From Scyliorhinus canicula (lineage: Eukaryota): a DNA stretch of 64,000 nucleotides. The notes under the pieces are model-generated. The model saw nothing but the letters and a program-made list of their open reading frames with translations, had not been told where the DNA came from and ran no database searches. A program made the position numbers and the translations under genes. The stretch is from NCBI RefSeq assembly GCF_902713615.1, contig NC_052159.1, positions 11,420,018 to 11,484,017 on the forward strand, given 5' to 3'. Positions 1 to 12,763 of this stretch are shown piece by piece (positions within the stretch are counted from its first letter, which is position 1; each line of letters opens with the position of its first letter).

Positions 1-664
1 TATTCCCAATCACCTGGGGGTCTCCAGTGGCCCGCAAGACCCACCGAGGTGTCGTTACGCCTGGTCTACGTTTGTGCAGACCAGCATTAAAAGGCACCCT
101 ATCGAGGTCTCACATGTCCAGCCGTTGACGTCCGGGCATCAGGTGAATCCGGAATCCGGATATTTAAATAAGTCTAATGGAACATGTTTTGGGGTTTGGC
201 CAGAGAGAGGTACAGCAAAGAACATCTGGAACCTGTTGCAATAATTTCCATGACAACTGGGAGGCGATAAAATAACGTGATTGCTCATCGTCCATCTGGC
301 ACTGCTCACATTTCTCAGAAATGATTTATCTCTGATCACGGGTGTCCTGATTTGCTCTGATACTTTCATTCTGAATTCTGTTGTGTTCTTAAACAGGTGG
401 TAAGATGAGGTAGCACCAGTCGGGCCGGAATCATTGACAATCCGTTGCGATTGCCGCTCGCTGGCTGGGATCCGGCCTACGATGTTTACGATATCTCTCA
501 ATTATTTGTCAGATTAAACCAGCCTTTATTTGGGGGCGGGGAATAATCATACATTTCACTGAATATTTAAAATACATTTCAACACTATGAACCATTCTTG
601 TGATACTTCTTCACAGTCATTCACAGAGTTGGATCAATTTGCCACTAGTTGATTGGATGGGTTT

Positions 665-960
665 ATTGCCATGTGTACCGAGGTACAGTGAAAAGTATTT
701 TTCTGCGTGCAGCTTAAACAGATCATTTAGTACATGAAAAGGAAATACATAATAGGGCTTGCGGTCTTGGACTGAGCAGTTGCCATACCCAGGCTGTGAT
801 GCAGCCAGATAGGATGCTTTCTATGGTGCATCTGTAAAGGTCGGTAAGGGTTAATGTGGACATGCCGAATTTCCTTAGTTTCCTGAGAAAGTATAGGCGG
901 TGTTGTGCTCGTGGGTGGACGAGGACAATTGTTGCTGATGTGCACACTCAAGAATTTGAA
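665..960 (-). mobile_element. Rex1/Babar-type LINE, 3' fragment
   Basis: Translations CINGAEVEMVDSFKFLSVHISNN and [11 protein letters not shown]...CTIESILSGCITAW match the C-terminus of the longer copy at 4178-5545. Confidence 0.8.
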
Positions 961-1949
961 GCTGTCAACCATCTCCACCTCGGCTCCGTTGATGCAGACA
1001 GGGGTGTGTACAGTACTTTGCTTCCTGAAGTCAATGGTATTCACAAATATCCCCAACAGACGTCAGACTGGTTGGTTTTTAATTTCCTCGTGGTCAGGTG
1101 CTGGAAATGTAACCGTGTGCAGGCAAGGGCCGTCCTTGAGTAAAGTGTCAACAGGTGTAGACAAACTGACAATGAAGCCATGTGCTTAAAATGGATCTGC
1201 CTTGTGAATTTCAACTGGTACCCAATGCTGGTGCTGTATTTGGAGTGTGTCTGAAGTAGTTTCGATGGGCTTTTTCAGTTTCAATACCAACCGTGGCATA
1301 TGTCTAATCGGGTCAATGTCGATATCCTTTACTTGTCATTAATACCATCAAGCTACGTGATGGGAACACATTCGTTAACAAAAGAGGTGACAGTATTCGC
1401 AAATTATTGGAACGCAACCAATTTGTGACGAAGCATTAAAGTGGAGAAATACCAAATTGCGCCGGTCTTGGGTGTGACCCAAGTAACCACACTAACAGCA
1501 GAATGCGTTAACCGATTGCGTCGCAGAGATGGCAAACGTTACTAGAGCCAGAATAAAGCGTGAGAAATTTATGGTGGGTACATGGGAACAGACCTGTCTT
1601 CTCCATTCACCGTGAATAACTACCCACCAGTACTTCGACATTCTAGCCGTTTATTGGCATTTCTGTTTCCAGATATCCCGATTGTCCTGAAGCCAATATG
1701 ATGCGTGTTTTCCCCTGTTGTACAGTGACTAAAGTCTCGTCAGTTACTAACTTCAGTCAATTTCTACAATCAGTCCAGAATAAATCTTTCAGAGTGGGGA
1801 AGATAGTGCCTCTGACCAATCAGCTGTTCACACTTCACCCTCCTTCGGTTCCATCCCCCAAAGCTCTTCTCAAGGCTTAAAAAGCTGGAGACTGTGTTTT
1901 CTGTGTTGTTCCGTTTCCATCCCCAAATGGCAATATTCTGAAAAACATT

Positions 1950-3762
1950 GGGCGGGATTCTCCATGGCTGCCTGTGACAGGGCAACCCTGTCCTGTGCCT
2001 CGGTCACCGCCTGCACAGAGTGCCCCAGGCTTTAGACATGCTGATCCAGAGCCAAAACCCTCGCCCCCAATGCCTCCACCGCGGATGCCACCCGTGCGGT
2101 GTTGGCCTGGGTGGCACGCATGGTTGGCATTACCTGCTGCACATGGTTGGACTCCTCCAACTGCACCTGCAGATACTGGATGCACGCCGACAATACCTCA
2201 TGTAGCCCTGGCTCTGTGACGGCATCGCCACAATCGATGGGACTGTCCGTTCCAGAATCCCGAAACCCGTCTGGATGGCAGCTAGTCCCTGGGGTCGGCC
2301 TGCCCTACAATCGTCCGCCCCCCTCGGTGCTCCTACCTCCACCTGCTGTGCCGGGTCAGTTGGGTGCTGAGCACCAGAGATTGTCCCAGGAACCTCTTCA
2401 CTAAAGTGCCCAACCGAGTTGAGTGTCTTTGGGATGGTGGAGGGTGTTGGACACAGCTGTGACCGGAAGATTCGAGCTCCGGGGTGTCCTGGGTCTCAGG
2501 TGGCCGGCTGGAGTCTGAGCTGCTGTCAGCGTCGCTGCTCGGCCCACGGCGGGGGGTCTCCGGCAGTGGCACTGGCTAGGGGCAATAGACGGCAGGCGGA
2601 CCCGCCCCATCTCCGCCTCATCCTGCAAGACACAAGGCAAGACGCATGATAGGACCGTGGGTTGGGGGGGAGTGCGGGTAATGGGGGTGAGGGTTGGGGT
2701 GAGGGTGGTGTGGGGGTGAGGGTGGGATGAAAGTGAGGGTAGAGGTGAGGGTGGTGTGCGGGTGAGGGTGGGGGTGGTGTGAGGGTGAGATCGAGGGTGA
2801 GGGTGGTGTGGGTGGGTTGTGAGGGCGTGGGTGATGATGAGGTGGTGTGAGGGTCTTGTGGAGGGGAGGGGGTTGGCACATGTGTCACGCAGAACCGCAA
2901 CTCAGCGGGGTCTCACTTCCTCGCCCGTGGCCGAACTCCACCCTGGTGACCCCCTTTTCCTTCATGCCGCTGACAATGTCCAGGGCCCTCTGCTCTGCCA
3001 CAGTGAGGTGCCGCAGTCCGGTGGTCCCCCCCAGTCTTCTCCCGCTCCCGCCGCTTGTGGGCGGCCTTCTCCTGGGGGGGGGGGGTCAAACAGAAAACGA
3101 CAGTGTTACAGTCCGACGCATACAGCCCCGGGAGTGACCAGGGCACCCGGCCATGCCGGTAGGTATGGGTGCCGGAATGTGGTGGCGTTGGGTGTTCACC
3201 CGCCTTCCGGAATGGCGAGGGCGGGGTAGGGTTACGGGTGTGTGGAGGGACAGGGTTGGCCCCAGGGGCACAGTGCTGCCTACTCACCCTGGCCTCCTTG
3301 AGGAGGTCGTGCAGTTTCATCCGGCACTGCTGGCCGGTCCGGACATCATTGACCGCCTTTGCCATCTGCACCAAGGCACAGTGAATGGTGGCAGCTGCCA
3401 GCCTCCTTCCTGGGCCGGGCACAGGGTCATCCGCCTCTCCTCCACGGTGTCCAGGAGGGTGTCCAGCTCGGCATCCATGAATCTTGAGGCTGTTCATCTT
3501 GCTGCCATCTTGTTGGCTGGGATGGTGTGTGTGTGGGGAATGCAGTGTGTATACGTGGCCGCAGCTTGTCAGCCTCCTGAGTGTCAATCACGGACCCGGC
3601 GAATCCGGCACCATTTCTCATTAGAATCGATTGTGTTTCACGTGGCGCCGGTGCGAGCCCCTCTACAGTAGCAGAATCCTGGTGAGGTATCAGTTTTGTT
3701 GTCGAACTCCACGTATCCTGCGCCGGCGTCAACACCTGGTCTAGAAACGGAGAATCCCGTCC
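1950..3762 (-). mobile_element. PIF/Harbinger non-autonomous derivative retaining a Myb/SANT-like ORF remnant
   Basis: TIRs GGGCGGGATTCTCC / GGAGAATCCCGTCC, 3-bp TSD ATT (1947-1949, 3763-3765). No DDE transposase seen. Confidence 0.85.
3280..3480 (-). pseudogene. Harbinger ORF2 Myb/SANT-like (trihelix) DNA-binding domain remnant
   Basis: AKAVNDVRTGQQCRMKLHDLLKEAR resembles the R-x3-QC-x-KK-x2-DL helix of Harbinger Myb-like proteins. Confidence 0.7.
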
Positions 3763-4177
3763 ATTGTGCGCTCTTCCGCCTTGCCTAATGTCCAGGAATG
3801 TGGATATTCGGTCAGGCGGCGAGCATATGGCCGGGATTGTTCCCTTTACACTTCCCCATGTTCCTAGCGAAGGAATAGTTAATTAAACCTACAGTTAGTT
3901 GTCGAAAATTCAGTGACTTGAACAGATTTCTGGCCCATTTCCCCGACATATAGCCACCGCTTAACATGACAAATAGCTTAAAATTTATAATGTGTTTCAT
4001 GTGGGAATGATTATAAACACCAGATGATCTGTGGGGGTGTACTATCGTTTGTTTTTCTATTATTATGCGTTATTGGAACAGCCATGCATTGTAATATCTC
4101 AGCATTGTCTCGGGGGAAACTTACATCGCACTTTCTGGAGGAAAGCGCATTTTGTTTCAAAAATGGTGTGAAAGCTA

Positions 4178-5545
4178 AATAGTGTGTAAGAAGAACCAGG
4201 CAACGAGCCTCAATGAGTACTGTCCGCTGGCCCTGACTTCAGTCGTAATGAAGTGCTCTGAGAGGTTGATCGTGAAGCGCATCACCTCCATACTCCCAGA
4301 ACGCCTTGATCCAATCCAATTCGCATACCGTCGCAACCGGTCCACAGCAGACGCCATTTCCCTGGCTCTACACTCATCCCGAGAGCATCTTGACAACAAG
4401 GACTCCTACATCAGAGTCCTAGTTATTGACTACAGCTCCGCCTTCAACACCATAATCCCAGCCAAACTCATATCAAAGCTCCAAAACCTCGGACTTGGCT
4501 CCCCACTCTGCAACTGGATCCTCTATTTTCTGACCAACAGACCACAATCAGTAAGAATGAACAACAACACCTCCTCCACAATAATCCTCAATACCCGGGC
4601 CCCGCAAGGCTGCGTACTTAGTCCCTTACTCTACTCCCTGTACACACACAACTGCGTGGCAAAATTTGGTTCCAACTCCATCTACACATTTGCTGACGAT
4701 ACGACCATAGTGGGCCGGATCTCGAATAACGACGAGTCAGAATACAGGAGGGAGATAGGGAACCTAGCGAGTGGTGCAGCGACAACAATCTCACCCTCAA
4801 TGCCAGCAAAACTAAAGAGCTGGTCATTGACTTCAGGAAGCAAAGTACTGTACACACCCCTGTCAGCATCAATGGGGCCAAGGTGGAGATGGTTCGCAGT
4901 TTCAAATTCCTGGGGGTACACATCTCCAAAAATCTGTCCTGGTCCACCCACGTCGACGCTACCACCAAGAAAGCACAACAGCACCTATACTTCCTCAGGA
5001 AACTAAGGAAATTCGGCACGCCCACATTATATCTTAGCACCTTTTACAGATGCAACATAGAAAGCATCCTATCGGGCTGCATCACAGCCTGGTATGGCAA
5101 CTGCTCGGCCCAGGACCACAAGAAACTTCAGGGAGTCGTGAACACCACCCAGTCCACACACGAACCTGCCTCCCATCCATTGACTCCATCTACACCTCCT
5201 GCTGCCTGGGGAAAGTATAATCAAAAACCCCTCCCACCCGGCTTACTCACTCTTCCAGCTTCTTCCATCAGGCAGGAGATACAGAAGTCTGAGAACACGC
5301 ACGAACAGATGCACGAACAGACTCACAAACAGCTTCTTCCCCACTGTCACCAGGCTCCTAAATGACCCTCTTTTGGACTGACTTCATTAACACTACACCC
5401 CTGTATGCTTCACCGGATGCCCGTGCTTATGTAGTTACATTGTAACATTGTGTTGCCCTATTATATATTTTCTTTTATTCCCTTTTCTTCCCATGTACTT
5501 AATGATCAGTTGAGCTGCTCGCAGAATAATACATTTCACTACCTC
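4178..5545 (+). mobile_element. Rex1/Babar-type LINE, 5'-truncated, frameshifted RT
   Basis: ORF 4182-5006: [49 protein letters not shown]. Continues in shifted frames (4883-5365). Confidence 0.9.
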
Positions 5546-5559
5546 AGTACACATGACAA

Positions 5560-5745
5560 TAGGCTGGTTTAGCTGACTGGGCTAAATCGCTGGCTTTGAA
5601 AGCAGACCAAGGCAGGCCAGCAGCACGGTTCAATTCCAGTACCAGCCTCCCCGAACAGGCGCCGGAATGTGGCAACTAGGGGCTTTTCACAGTAACTTCA
5701 TTGAAGCCTACTTGTGACAATAAGCAATTTTCATTTCATTTCATT
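5560..5745 (+). mobile_element. Short tRNA-like SINE with GGCTTTTCACAGTAACTTCATTGAAGCC tail
   Basis: The same ~185-bp unit recurs at about 6070-6258(-), 44160-44340(-), 44835-45010(-) and 58445-58615(+). Ends in (TTTCA)n. Confidence 0.8.
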
Positions 5746-5754
5746 TTTCACAAT

Positions 5755-5800
5755 AAACAAATCCAATCCTATCCAATCCAATCCAATCCAATCCTATCCA
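5755..5800. repeat. (ATCCA)n microsatellite
   Basis: atccaatcctatccaatccaatccaatcca directly visible. Confidence 0.9.
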
Positions 5801-6069
5801 ATCGCTTCCTTATCTGCCAGGCAAATACCGGCCGACATCATGATTTCTCTTTCAGGAATGAAGCACAGGAGGGTAAGATATCCTGATACTAAGAATACAA
5901 AATCCATCCGTTGCAAAGCTATTTCAGTCCATGGTGGGAACACCGCGACCCTTAGCCCCCTGACCCTTCTTTGTTTTTATAAATTTAGAGTACCCAAATT
6001 TTTTTTTCCTAATTAAAGAGCAATTTAGCGTGGTTAATCCATCCACCCTGCACATGAAAATGGAATGAA

Positions 6070-6395
6070 ATGTATGAAATGAAATGAAAATCGCTTATTG
6101 TCACGAGTAGGCTTCAATGAAGTTACTGTGAAAAGCCCCTAGTCGCCACATTCCAGCGCCTGTTCGGGGAGGCTGGTGCGGGAATTGAACCGTGCTGCTG
6201 GCCTGCCTTGGTCGGCTTTAAAAGCCAGCGATTTAGCCCAGTGTGCTAAACCAGCCCCCCCATCTTTGGGATGTGGGGTTGAGGCCCGCGCAGACACGGG
6301 GAGAATGTGCAAACTCCACATGAAGATTGACGGGGCCGGGATTTGAACCCGGGTCCTCAGCGCCGTAGGCAGCAGTGCTAACCACTGCGCTATGT
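6070..6395 (-). mobile_element. Adjacent short SINE plus HE1-type SINE fragment
   Basis: Reverse complements of the SINE units seen elsewhere in the window. Confidence 0.75.
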
Positions 6396-7889
6396 TCTGT
6401 CCTGCCCCGCGACCCTTCTGACACCCACCCACGGGTGGTGACCCGCATTTTGAAAAACCCTGGCCCGAGGGCTATGGGAGGGTGCTGGTCTTTCGCACCG
6501 AGCTTGGCCTGACCCTCTGCCGCTCTCTCCCGATGCGAAAATGTTCTAAACAGGAACATCCAGGAAAAGTACAGCCGTGGCTGAGCTCTGAGGTCAATCT
6601 GAGGGCAAGAACTGGTAAATTAATATCTTCCGGACAAAAACCTGGTGTGATAATTAGTTTCCTCTTTCCTTGAGGTGCGTTGCAGCAAAGCGTGCTGTGT
6701 GGGCTGTGAGAGCACATGGCTAGGACTTTTAGATTAGTTTTGTATATTAGCAAATCACTTACCTTGGCTCCGCAGGCTCCGATGGCTAGCAGAGCGCGCC
6801 TAGCAGAACTCCAATTAGTCAGAATGGTTGGCAAACGAATTAGAGGTGAGATTTTTTTTTGTGCAGCAACTTGGAATGAGCTACCTGAGAACATGGTGGC
6901 AGCAGATTCAATGGTAACTTACATAAGGGACTTGGATATTGAAGGGGAAACAAATGGGTGGACTCTGGGGGAAGGACAGGAAAGCAGGACTGATAGTTCC
7001 TGCAGAGAGCTGGCAGAGGCCAGATGGGCTGAATGGTCCCCTTCTGTGCTGCATCCTTTTATGATCCTGTGATCTTGCAAGTGACAGCATAGACAGAACC
7101 ATGGGATGGTTACAGCACAGAAGGAGGCTATTTGGCCCATTGTTTCTGTGCTGTCTCTCTGCAAGGGTAAATCGCCTAATCCCACTCCCCCACCTTTGCA
7201 CCGTAACCTTCAGATAATTATCCATTTGCCCCTTGAAAGGCATAACTGAATCTGCCTCCCCCCTCTCTCATATTATGCAGTTGTATTCATTGAGACTAAT
7301 CAAGAGAAACTGTCCAAAATAGGCTTCAACGTCTACCTGTCTGTGTTGAACACTCCTCATATAGTTCAGAGAACCTGCTAACAGAGGAGCAGGAGCAGGC
7401 CGTTTGGCTGCACAAGCCTACTCTGCTACTCAATTAGACCATGACTGATCTTCTATCTCAATGCCATTGTCCTGCACTTCTACCTCAACACCATCTCCTT
7501 GTCCGTCCCGCGATGTCTTTACTGTGCAGAATTCTATCCATCTCAGTCTCGAACATACTCCATGACTGAGCCTGCACTGCCCTCTGGGGTAGAGAATTCC
7601 AAATATTTCCCAACCCTGGGTGAAGAAATTCCTCCTCATCTCAGTCCGAAATGGTCTACCCTTTATTCCGAGACCCCTCCACACTTCAGCTATGGGAAGT
7701 ATTTTTCCTGGATTATACCAAATGTGGCACAATCAAGAGGCCTGATTCCAGAAGCTCAGAGCGTAGTGCCGGCCAGATACTTTGAGAATCCTGTAGCTAG
7801 AGCAATACCCCCAGGTTCTAATGTCAGCCGCCAGAACAAGTGTCCAGAGCTGTCCGTGAACCGCTGTATGAGGCTGGGTGTCCATCCCG

Positions 7890-8170
7890 TGTCACTTCCA
7901 TTCTACACTTTACTTTCACACTGAGCTCTCTGTCCTCGACCTGCCTCTGGGTTCCAATGAAGCTCAACCAAAGGTCGAGGAGTGACACCTCAATTTTCCA
8001 TTGGACTCTTTAAGCCTTCTGGACTCCACATTGAATTCAGCAGTTTCAGACTGCAGTCTCTGCCCCCATTTTCTTTCCTTTCTCATGACATGTTTCGGTT
8101 TTCCTCTTGCTTTCTCTTTTGGGAAGCAGCTCTTCACTACTCTGCCATTCACGTCTCCTCAAGACAAAGC
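7890..8170 (+). mobile_element. Penelope-like (GIY-YIG end) remnant
   Basis: gaagctcaaccaaaggtcgaggagtgacacctcaattttccattggactctttaagccttctggactccacattgaattc resembles the QRKLEEQHLIFRLGTLQPSGLNIEF terminus. Degraded. Confidence 0.5.
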
Positions 8171-8174
8171 TTTT

Positions 8175-8907
8175 GGGTGCAATTCTCCGCACTCCCGACG
8201 GTGCGGAGAATAGCGTGGCTCGTAAAATTTTACGGCCACGCTAGTCCAACGCCCTCCCGCTATTCCCCCTCCCCCCACGCCCGACTCCCGATACGAATCG
8301 CTGCCGCCGTTTTTTTACGGCCAGCAGCGACTCTCAGCTGTCCGATGGGCCGAGTTCCCAGCCCTTTACGGCTGTTTTTACGAACGGCAAACACACCTGG
8401 TCTGGCCGTTCGTAAAAACGGCCGTAAAGTCCCGATTTTATAACCATGGCACCGATTGGCACGGCAGTACCACGGCCGTGCCAAGGGTGCCATGGGCCCG
8501 CGATCGGTGGGCACCGATCGCGGGCAGCGGGTCCGATGCCCGCGCACTCTTTGTCCCTCCGCCGCCCCGCTGTATCACTTCGCGGGGCGGCTGAGGGGCA
8601 TCCCGGCCCGCGCATGCGCGGGTTTCGCGCAAATGCGCGATGACGTCATCCGTGCATGCGCGGGTTGGAGTCTTCCAATCCGCGCATGCGCGGCTGACGT
8701 CATATGACGCGTCAGCCGGCGCAAACTCTGGCAAGCGGGCTTAACGAAATTCGTTAAGCCCGCGATGCCGGAGTTTACGGCGGCGGCATGCTAGCCCCGA
8801 CCGGGGACCAGAATCGGTTCCTGGTCGGGGAGGGGGGGGCTGGCGTCAAACCCGCCCGGATTTGACGCCAGACTTACGATTTCTCCCCCTCTGGGAGAAT
8901 CGCGCCC
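8175..8907. mobile_element. GC-rich Harbinger-type MITE
   Basis: TIRs GGGTGCAATTCTCC / GGAGAATCGCGCCC. TSD not clean. Confidence 0.7.
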
Positions 8908-9174
8908 AAAGTTTCTTTACTTGTTCCATTATCACTCCCTTTGGCCCCTGGATCATCAACTCTTTTGTCATTTAATGTCTCCCCTCTGCCATCCCATCAC
9001 AGGCTTTCCCTTTTATTCTTTCTCCACCCTCTCCTATTTCCCTCACTTCAAATATGCCACATTTCTGACATTTCCCAGTTCTGATGAAAGGTCATCGATC
9101 TGATACGTTAACTAAGGCCCATAACTTCCCTCAGAGTGAAATCTCCGGTGGATCGCCAATCTCGACGGACGTAC

Positions 9175-9278
9175 CTTCGTTGGGATTCCAAAGCCCCTGC
9201 CTTATCCGACCTTCCTCATTCAGGCTGGGTGAAACAGGAGCAGCTAAGTACACCCCCGGCTGCATCAATGTGGAGTAA
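9175..9278 (-). CDS. Candidate cytoplasmic exon of the CD28-family gene (unconfirmed)
   Basis: Acceptor tttcttacctctctgtgccccAG and donor AAG|GTACGT. Phase 2->1 frame reads YSTLMQPGVYLAAPVSPSLNEEGRIRQGLWNPNE. No bridging phase 0->2 exon found. Confidence 0.3.
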
Positions 9279-9656
9279 CTGGGGCACAGAGAGGTAAGAA
9301 ACACTCTCTTTTTATAGCAATAGCTTCTATAAAGGGGAGGGTTTAAAGGGACAATGAAAAGGTAAGTTTTTCAGACAACAGATTGAAGGGTAGGGGTGGG
9401 GGTGGCAGGGTTTGGGTCGGGCCGGAGGTGGGGTGGTGTGATGGCGCCCCTGGAGGGGTCATCTGTGTGGGGTGTGCCCTGTGCGAGGCTGGGTCTGGTT
9501 GTTTAGTTACTCTGGAGTTAGAAATGACTTTTTTCCCTCTGGTCACCAGCAGAAGGAAGTGGACGCTTCACAGAGAGTACAAAGAAGGATTACCTGGACA
9601 TTGCCTGGTCTGGAGGGTGTGTTAGCTATGAGGAGAGGTTGAATAAACTCAGATCG

Positions 9657-9883
9657 TGATGCACGATCAATTGAACAAAGACTAGAGTTGGATACAACTG
9701 AGGCTTTATTGCTCTAAGATGTGTGGCCTCCCACAGCAGCTGGTGAAATGGCTGCTGAATGGAGGATACGCATATTTATACTCCGCCTACTGGGCGGAGC
9801 CAGCAGGCAGGGGCTACCGGTGAACCTGTAGTACAGATCCTACCTTACATCACCCAATACAGGTGTAATAGCTGTTTACCACA
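9657..9883 (-). mobile_element. Gypsy-type solo LTR
   Basis: TG...CA ends, termini similar to the LTRs at 35699/39884, AATAAA on minus strand, near-TSD GATCG/GATGG. Confidence 0.7.
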
Positions 9884-10103
9884 GATGGTTTTCGTTGGAA
9901 AGACGGAGGCTGAGGGGAGACCTGATCACAGTCTGAAAATTACGAGAGGTATACAGGGTGAATAGTCAGAAGCTTTTTCCCAGGGTGAAAGGCTCACTTA
10001 CAAGGGGGCACAGGTTCAAGGTGAGAGGGGGAAAGTTTTGGGGAAATGTGCGGGAAAAGTTTTTCAAGCAGAGGCTGGTGGGTACCTGGAACGTGGTGCC
10101 AGT

Positions 10104-10408
10104 GGGCGACATGGTAGCACAGTGGTTAAGACTGTTGCTTCACAGCTCCAGGGTCCCAGGTTCGATTCCTGGCTGGGTCACTGTGCGGAGCCTGCACGTT
10201 CTCCCCGTGTCTGCGTGGGTTTCCTCCGGGTGCTCCGGTTTCCTCCCACAAGTCCCGAAAGAGGTGCTGTTAGGTGAATTGGACATTCTGAATTCTCCCT
10301 TAGTGTACACGAACAGGCACTGGAATGTGGCAACTAGGGGCTTTTCATGGTAACTTCATTGCAGTGTTAATGTAAGCCTACTTGTGACACTAAAGATTAT
10401 TATTATTG
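10104..10408 (+). mobile_element. HE1-type tRNA-derived V-SINE
   Basis: A/B-box-like head (ggtagcacagtggttaag...ggttcgattcc) and conserved central gtgggtttcctccgggtgctccgg domain. Confidence 0.85.
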
Positions 10409-10624
10409 AGGTGATGGAGGCAGTCAAGATAGCAACGTTTAAAATGTATCTTGATAGACACATGAATGGGTGGGGAATGGAGGGTTCAGATCGTTTGGGC
10501 AATAAGTAGTAGGTCTAAACAAGGAATCTGGATTGGTGCAGGCTGGGTGAGCCGTAGGGCCTGTTTTTGTGCTGAGATGTTCTTTGTTTTAACCCTTTCA
10601 GAGCAACTATCAGGGTAAAACTTT

Positions 10625-10830
10625 AAAAAAAAAATTTAGAGTACCCAATTAGTTTTTTCCGATTGAGGGGCAATTTAGCGTGGCCAATCCACCCAGCCTG
10701 TACATCTTTGGGTTGTGGGGGCGAAACCCACGCAAACACGGGGAGAATGTGCAAACTCCACACGGACAGTGACCCAGAGCCGGGATCGAACCTGGGACCT
10801 CGGCTCCGTGAGGCAGCAATGCTAAACTGT
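10625..10830 (-). mobile_element. HE1-type SINE with target-site duplication
   Basis: Flanked by the direct repeat cagggtaaaa (10611-10620 and 10831-10840). Confidence 0.8.
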
Positions 10831-12374
10831 CAGGGTAAAATTGACAGAACCCTCTAAAGTTAGCGATTTTAAATTGCTCCTGTCTGATGGTTCCCAGCCC
10901 AGTGTCATTATCCAGCGGAAGGTAGTGCTTCTGGGCAATTGCCGGGTAAACCCTTAGATGGGACGTCCGAGAGGGAATCCCCCCGCACATCACTGGGGAA
11001 TCCCTTAAAAGTGAAGGGGAAGCAGGAAGGTATGGGCCATTGTTTCTCTCTCTATAGATGTGCTTGAGCTTCTGGGTATTTGCAATGTTTGTTGTTTTTA
11101 TTACAGATATCCAGCATGTGTAATATCTTTAACATGACCATCACTTCCCCCAGATTTCTTCCCCGCTCTGTGCTTCGCTACCTCACATGCTAGGGTATAG
11201 CTATGAGACGTCCAACCAGTGCCCCCCACAGCTTAACAACTGCCTTATTCTGTAATTTCTTCTAGTTTTACATTCTCCCCACATTCATCTCAGTCTGGCC
11301 TCTGGTTCATTCCCTCCTCTCTGTGACTCCCTAACCTTCAACTTGCTGGATGAACCCTCAGGTGCCTTGATACTTCCCTCTGGAAATCCTTCTCTCAATC
11401 TCTCTGCGACTCCAGCTCTCTGCACCCTTTAAAAAAAAAACTTCCTCAAAACCCATCTTTCCAACTCTTGGTCCTGACTCTGCTGCCCTATTTGGAAAAA
11501 CTCTGGGGCTGAACCAGACTGTTTGTTAACGCGGAGCTGACCCTCTGACCACGTATCTGTGCCATCACCAAGACCACCTACTTCCACCTCCATAACATCC
11601 GAATTAGCAGGAGGCCACTCGGCCCCTCGAGCTCACTTTGCCATTCAATAGGAATATTGTAACCTCAACTCCACATTCCATCCCCGATAACCTTTCACCC
11701 CCTCGTTAATCGAGAATCTAGCTAACTCTGCATTTTGATGTGGTCTCACCAACGCTCTGTACAACTGAAATACCGTAACGTGGCTGTTGAAAGCCAGGAG
11801 GCCCCGCTCCTGGGATCCACCCAACTCGCAACGCCTCGCGAGAGTCAACGCAATCTCGCGAGATGTTGCGATGTGGGTCCCGCCCACAATGGACGGGATC
11901 ACTTTTTAGCAGTAAGTCTCACTCTAATGTGCAGATTCCCGAGGTAACTGAGGCTTTGGGATTCAACGCCTACCCCTCGGAGACCTCGGGCGAGCATCGT
12001 TTGGTACTGGTTCCCGTTTGTGGGACTGCTCTCGTGGGCCTCTCCAAGGGGATCCGAGGCCCCCAGCTGCATGCCCTGTGGGCAGGGTAGTGCCCTGGCA
12101 CTGCTGGTGCCAGCCTGGCAGTACCACCTGGTCGCCAGCCTGACACTGCCAAGGTGCCTGGGTGGCACTTCCAGCTGGCAGGGGCACTGCCAAGTTGGCA
12201 CTGCCAAGGTGCCAAGCTGGCATTTTTTGTGCGTGTGTGATCGGGCTGGGGATGCCTGGCTTGGGGGCGGGGGAGGACCGGGGAATCTCCCATATTGCAT
12301 TCGGGCTGGGGGGGAATTCGGGGATTCTTTTGGGGGCCTCGGAAATTGGGGCACTATTTAAAAATAGTACCAGG

Positions 12375-12645
12375 ACACCCTACCTAAGCCCACACCTCCA
12401 CCCTATCCCCAAAACCCAGGAACCCCACCTCAGCTTTTTGTGGGGATACTAAGGGCAATTTAGCATGGTCAATCCACCTAACCCGCACATCTTTGGACTG
12501 TGGGAGGAAACCGGAGCACCCGGAGGAAACCCACGCAGACACGGGGAGGATGTGCAGACTCCGCACAGACAGTGACCCAAGCCGGAATCGAACCTGGGGT
12601 CCTGGAGCTGTGAAGCAACAGTGCTAACCACTGTGCTGCCGTGCC
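12375..12645 (-). mobile_element. HE1-type SINE
   Basis: Reverse complement of the recurring SINE unit. Confidence 0.85.
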
Positions 12646-12763
12646 GTCCTCTTCACTATTAACTATCCAACTTATCTTTGTGTCGTTAGCAAATTTAGTA
12701 ACCATACCTTCAGTCCCTTCAACCAAATTATTTACATAAATTGTAAAAGGTTGAGGCCAAGCA

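Larger units (their letters stand above)
9570..10560 (+). mobile_element. CR1 LINE 3' fragment interrupted by a solo LTR and a SINE
   Basis: Segments read KLFPRVKGSLTRGHRFKVRGGKF...FFKQRLVGTWN, the CR1 ORF2 C-terminus. The sequence resumes after the SINE. Confidence 0.7.

Noticed and set aside
1-660. 120-aa minus ORF and a CEQCQ motif suggesting a degraded integrase
   Set aside because: Motifs are scattered over frames with wrong spacing. No family can be supported without a profile search.
1440-1750. Possible further decayed IgV exon (VTVQQGKT, KYWW, TFAISATQSVNA)
   Set aside because: Trp-to-Cys spacing too short, no convincing splice sites, high risk of over-reading.
2526-2900. Pro/His-rich ORFs
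   Set aside because: Translations of a low-complexity (GAGGGT/GGT)n tract inside the Harbinger element.
4125-4134. 10-nt minus-strand micro-exon (AG|aaagtgcgat|GTAAGT)
   Set aside because: Good splice signals, but frame-shifting length, next to a LINE junction, and no supporting neighbours.
5856-9293. Plus-strand exon-like segments at about 5856-5872 and 9135-9293
   Set aside because: No recognisable product. The second overlaps a better minus-strand candidate whose pyrimidine tract creates the apparent donor.
10104-10200. tRNA-like sequences (here and in many other copies)
   Set aside because: They are SINE heads followed by the V-SINE core. No complete cloverleaf, so not tRNA genes.
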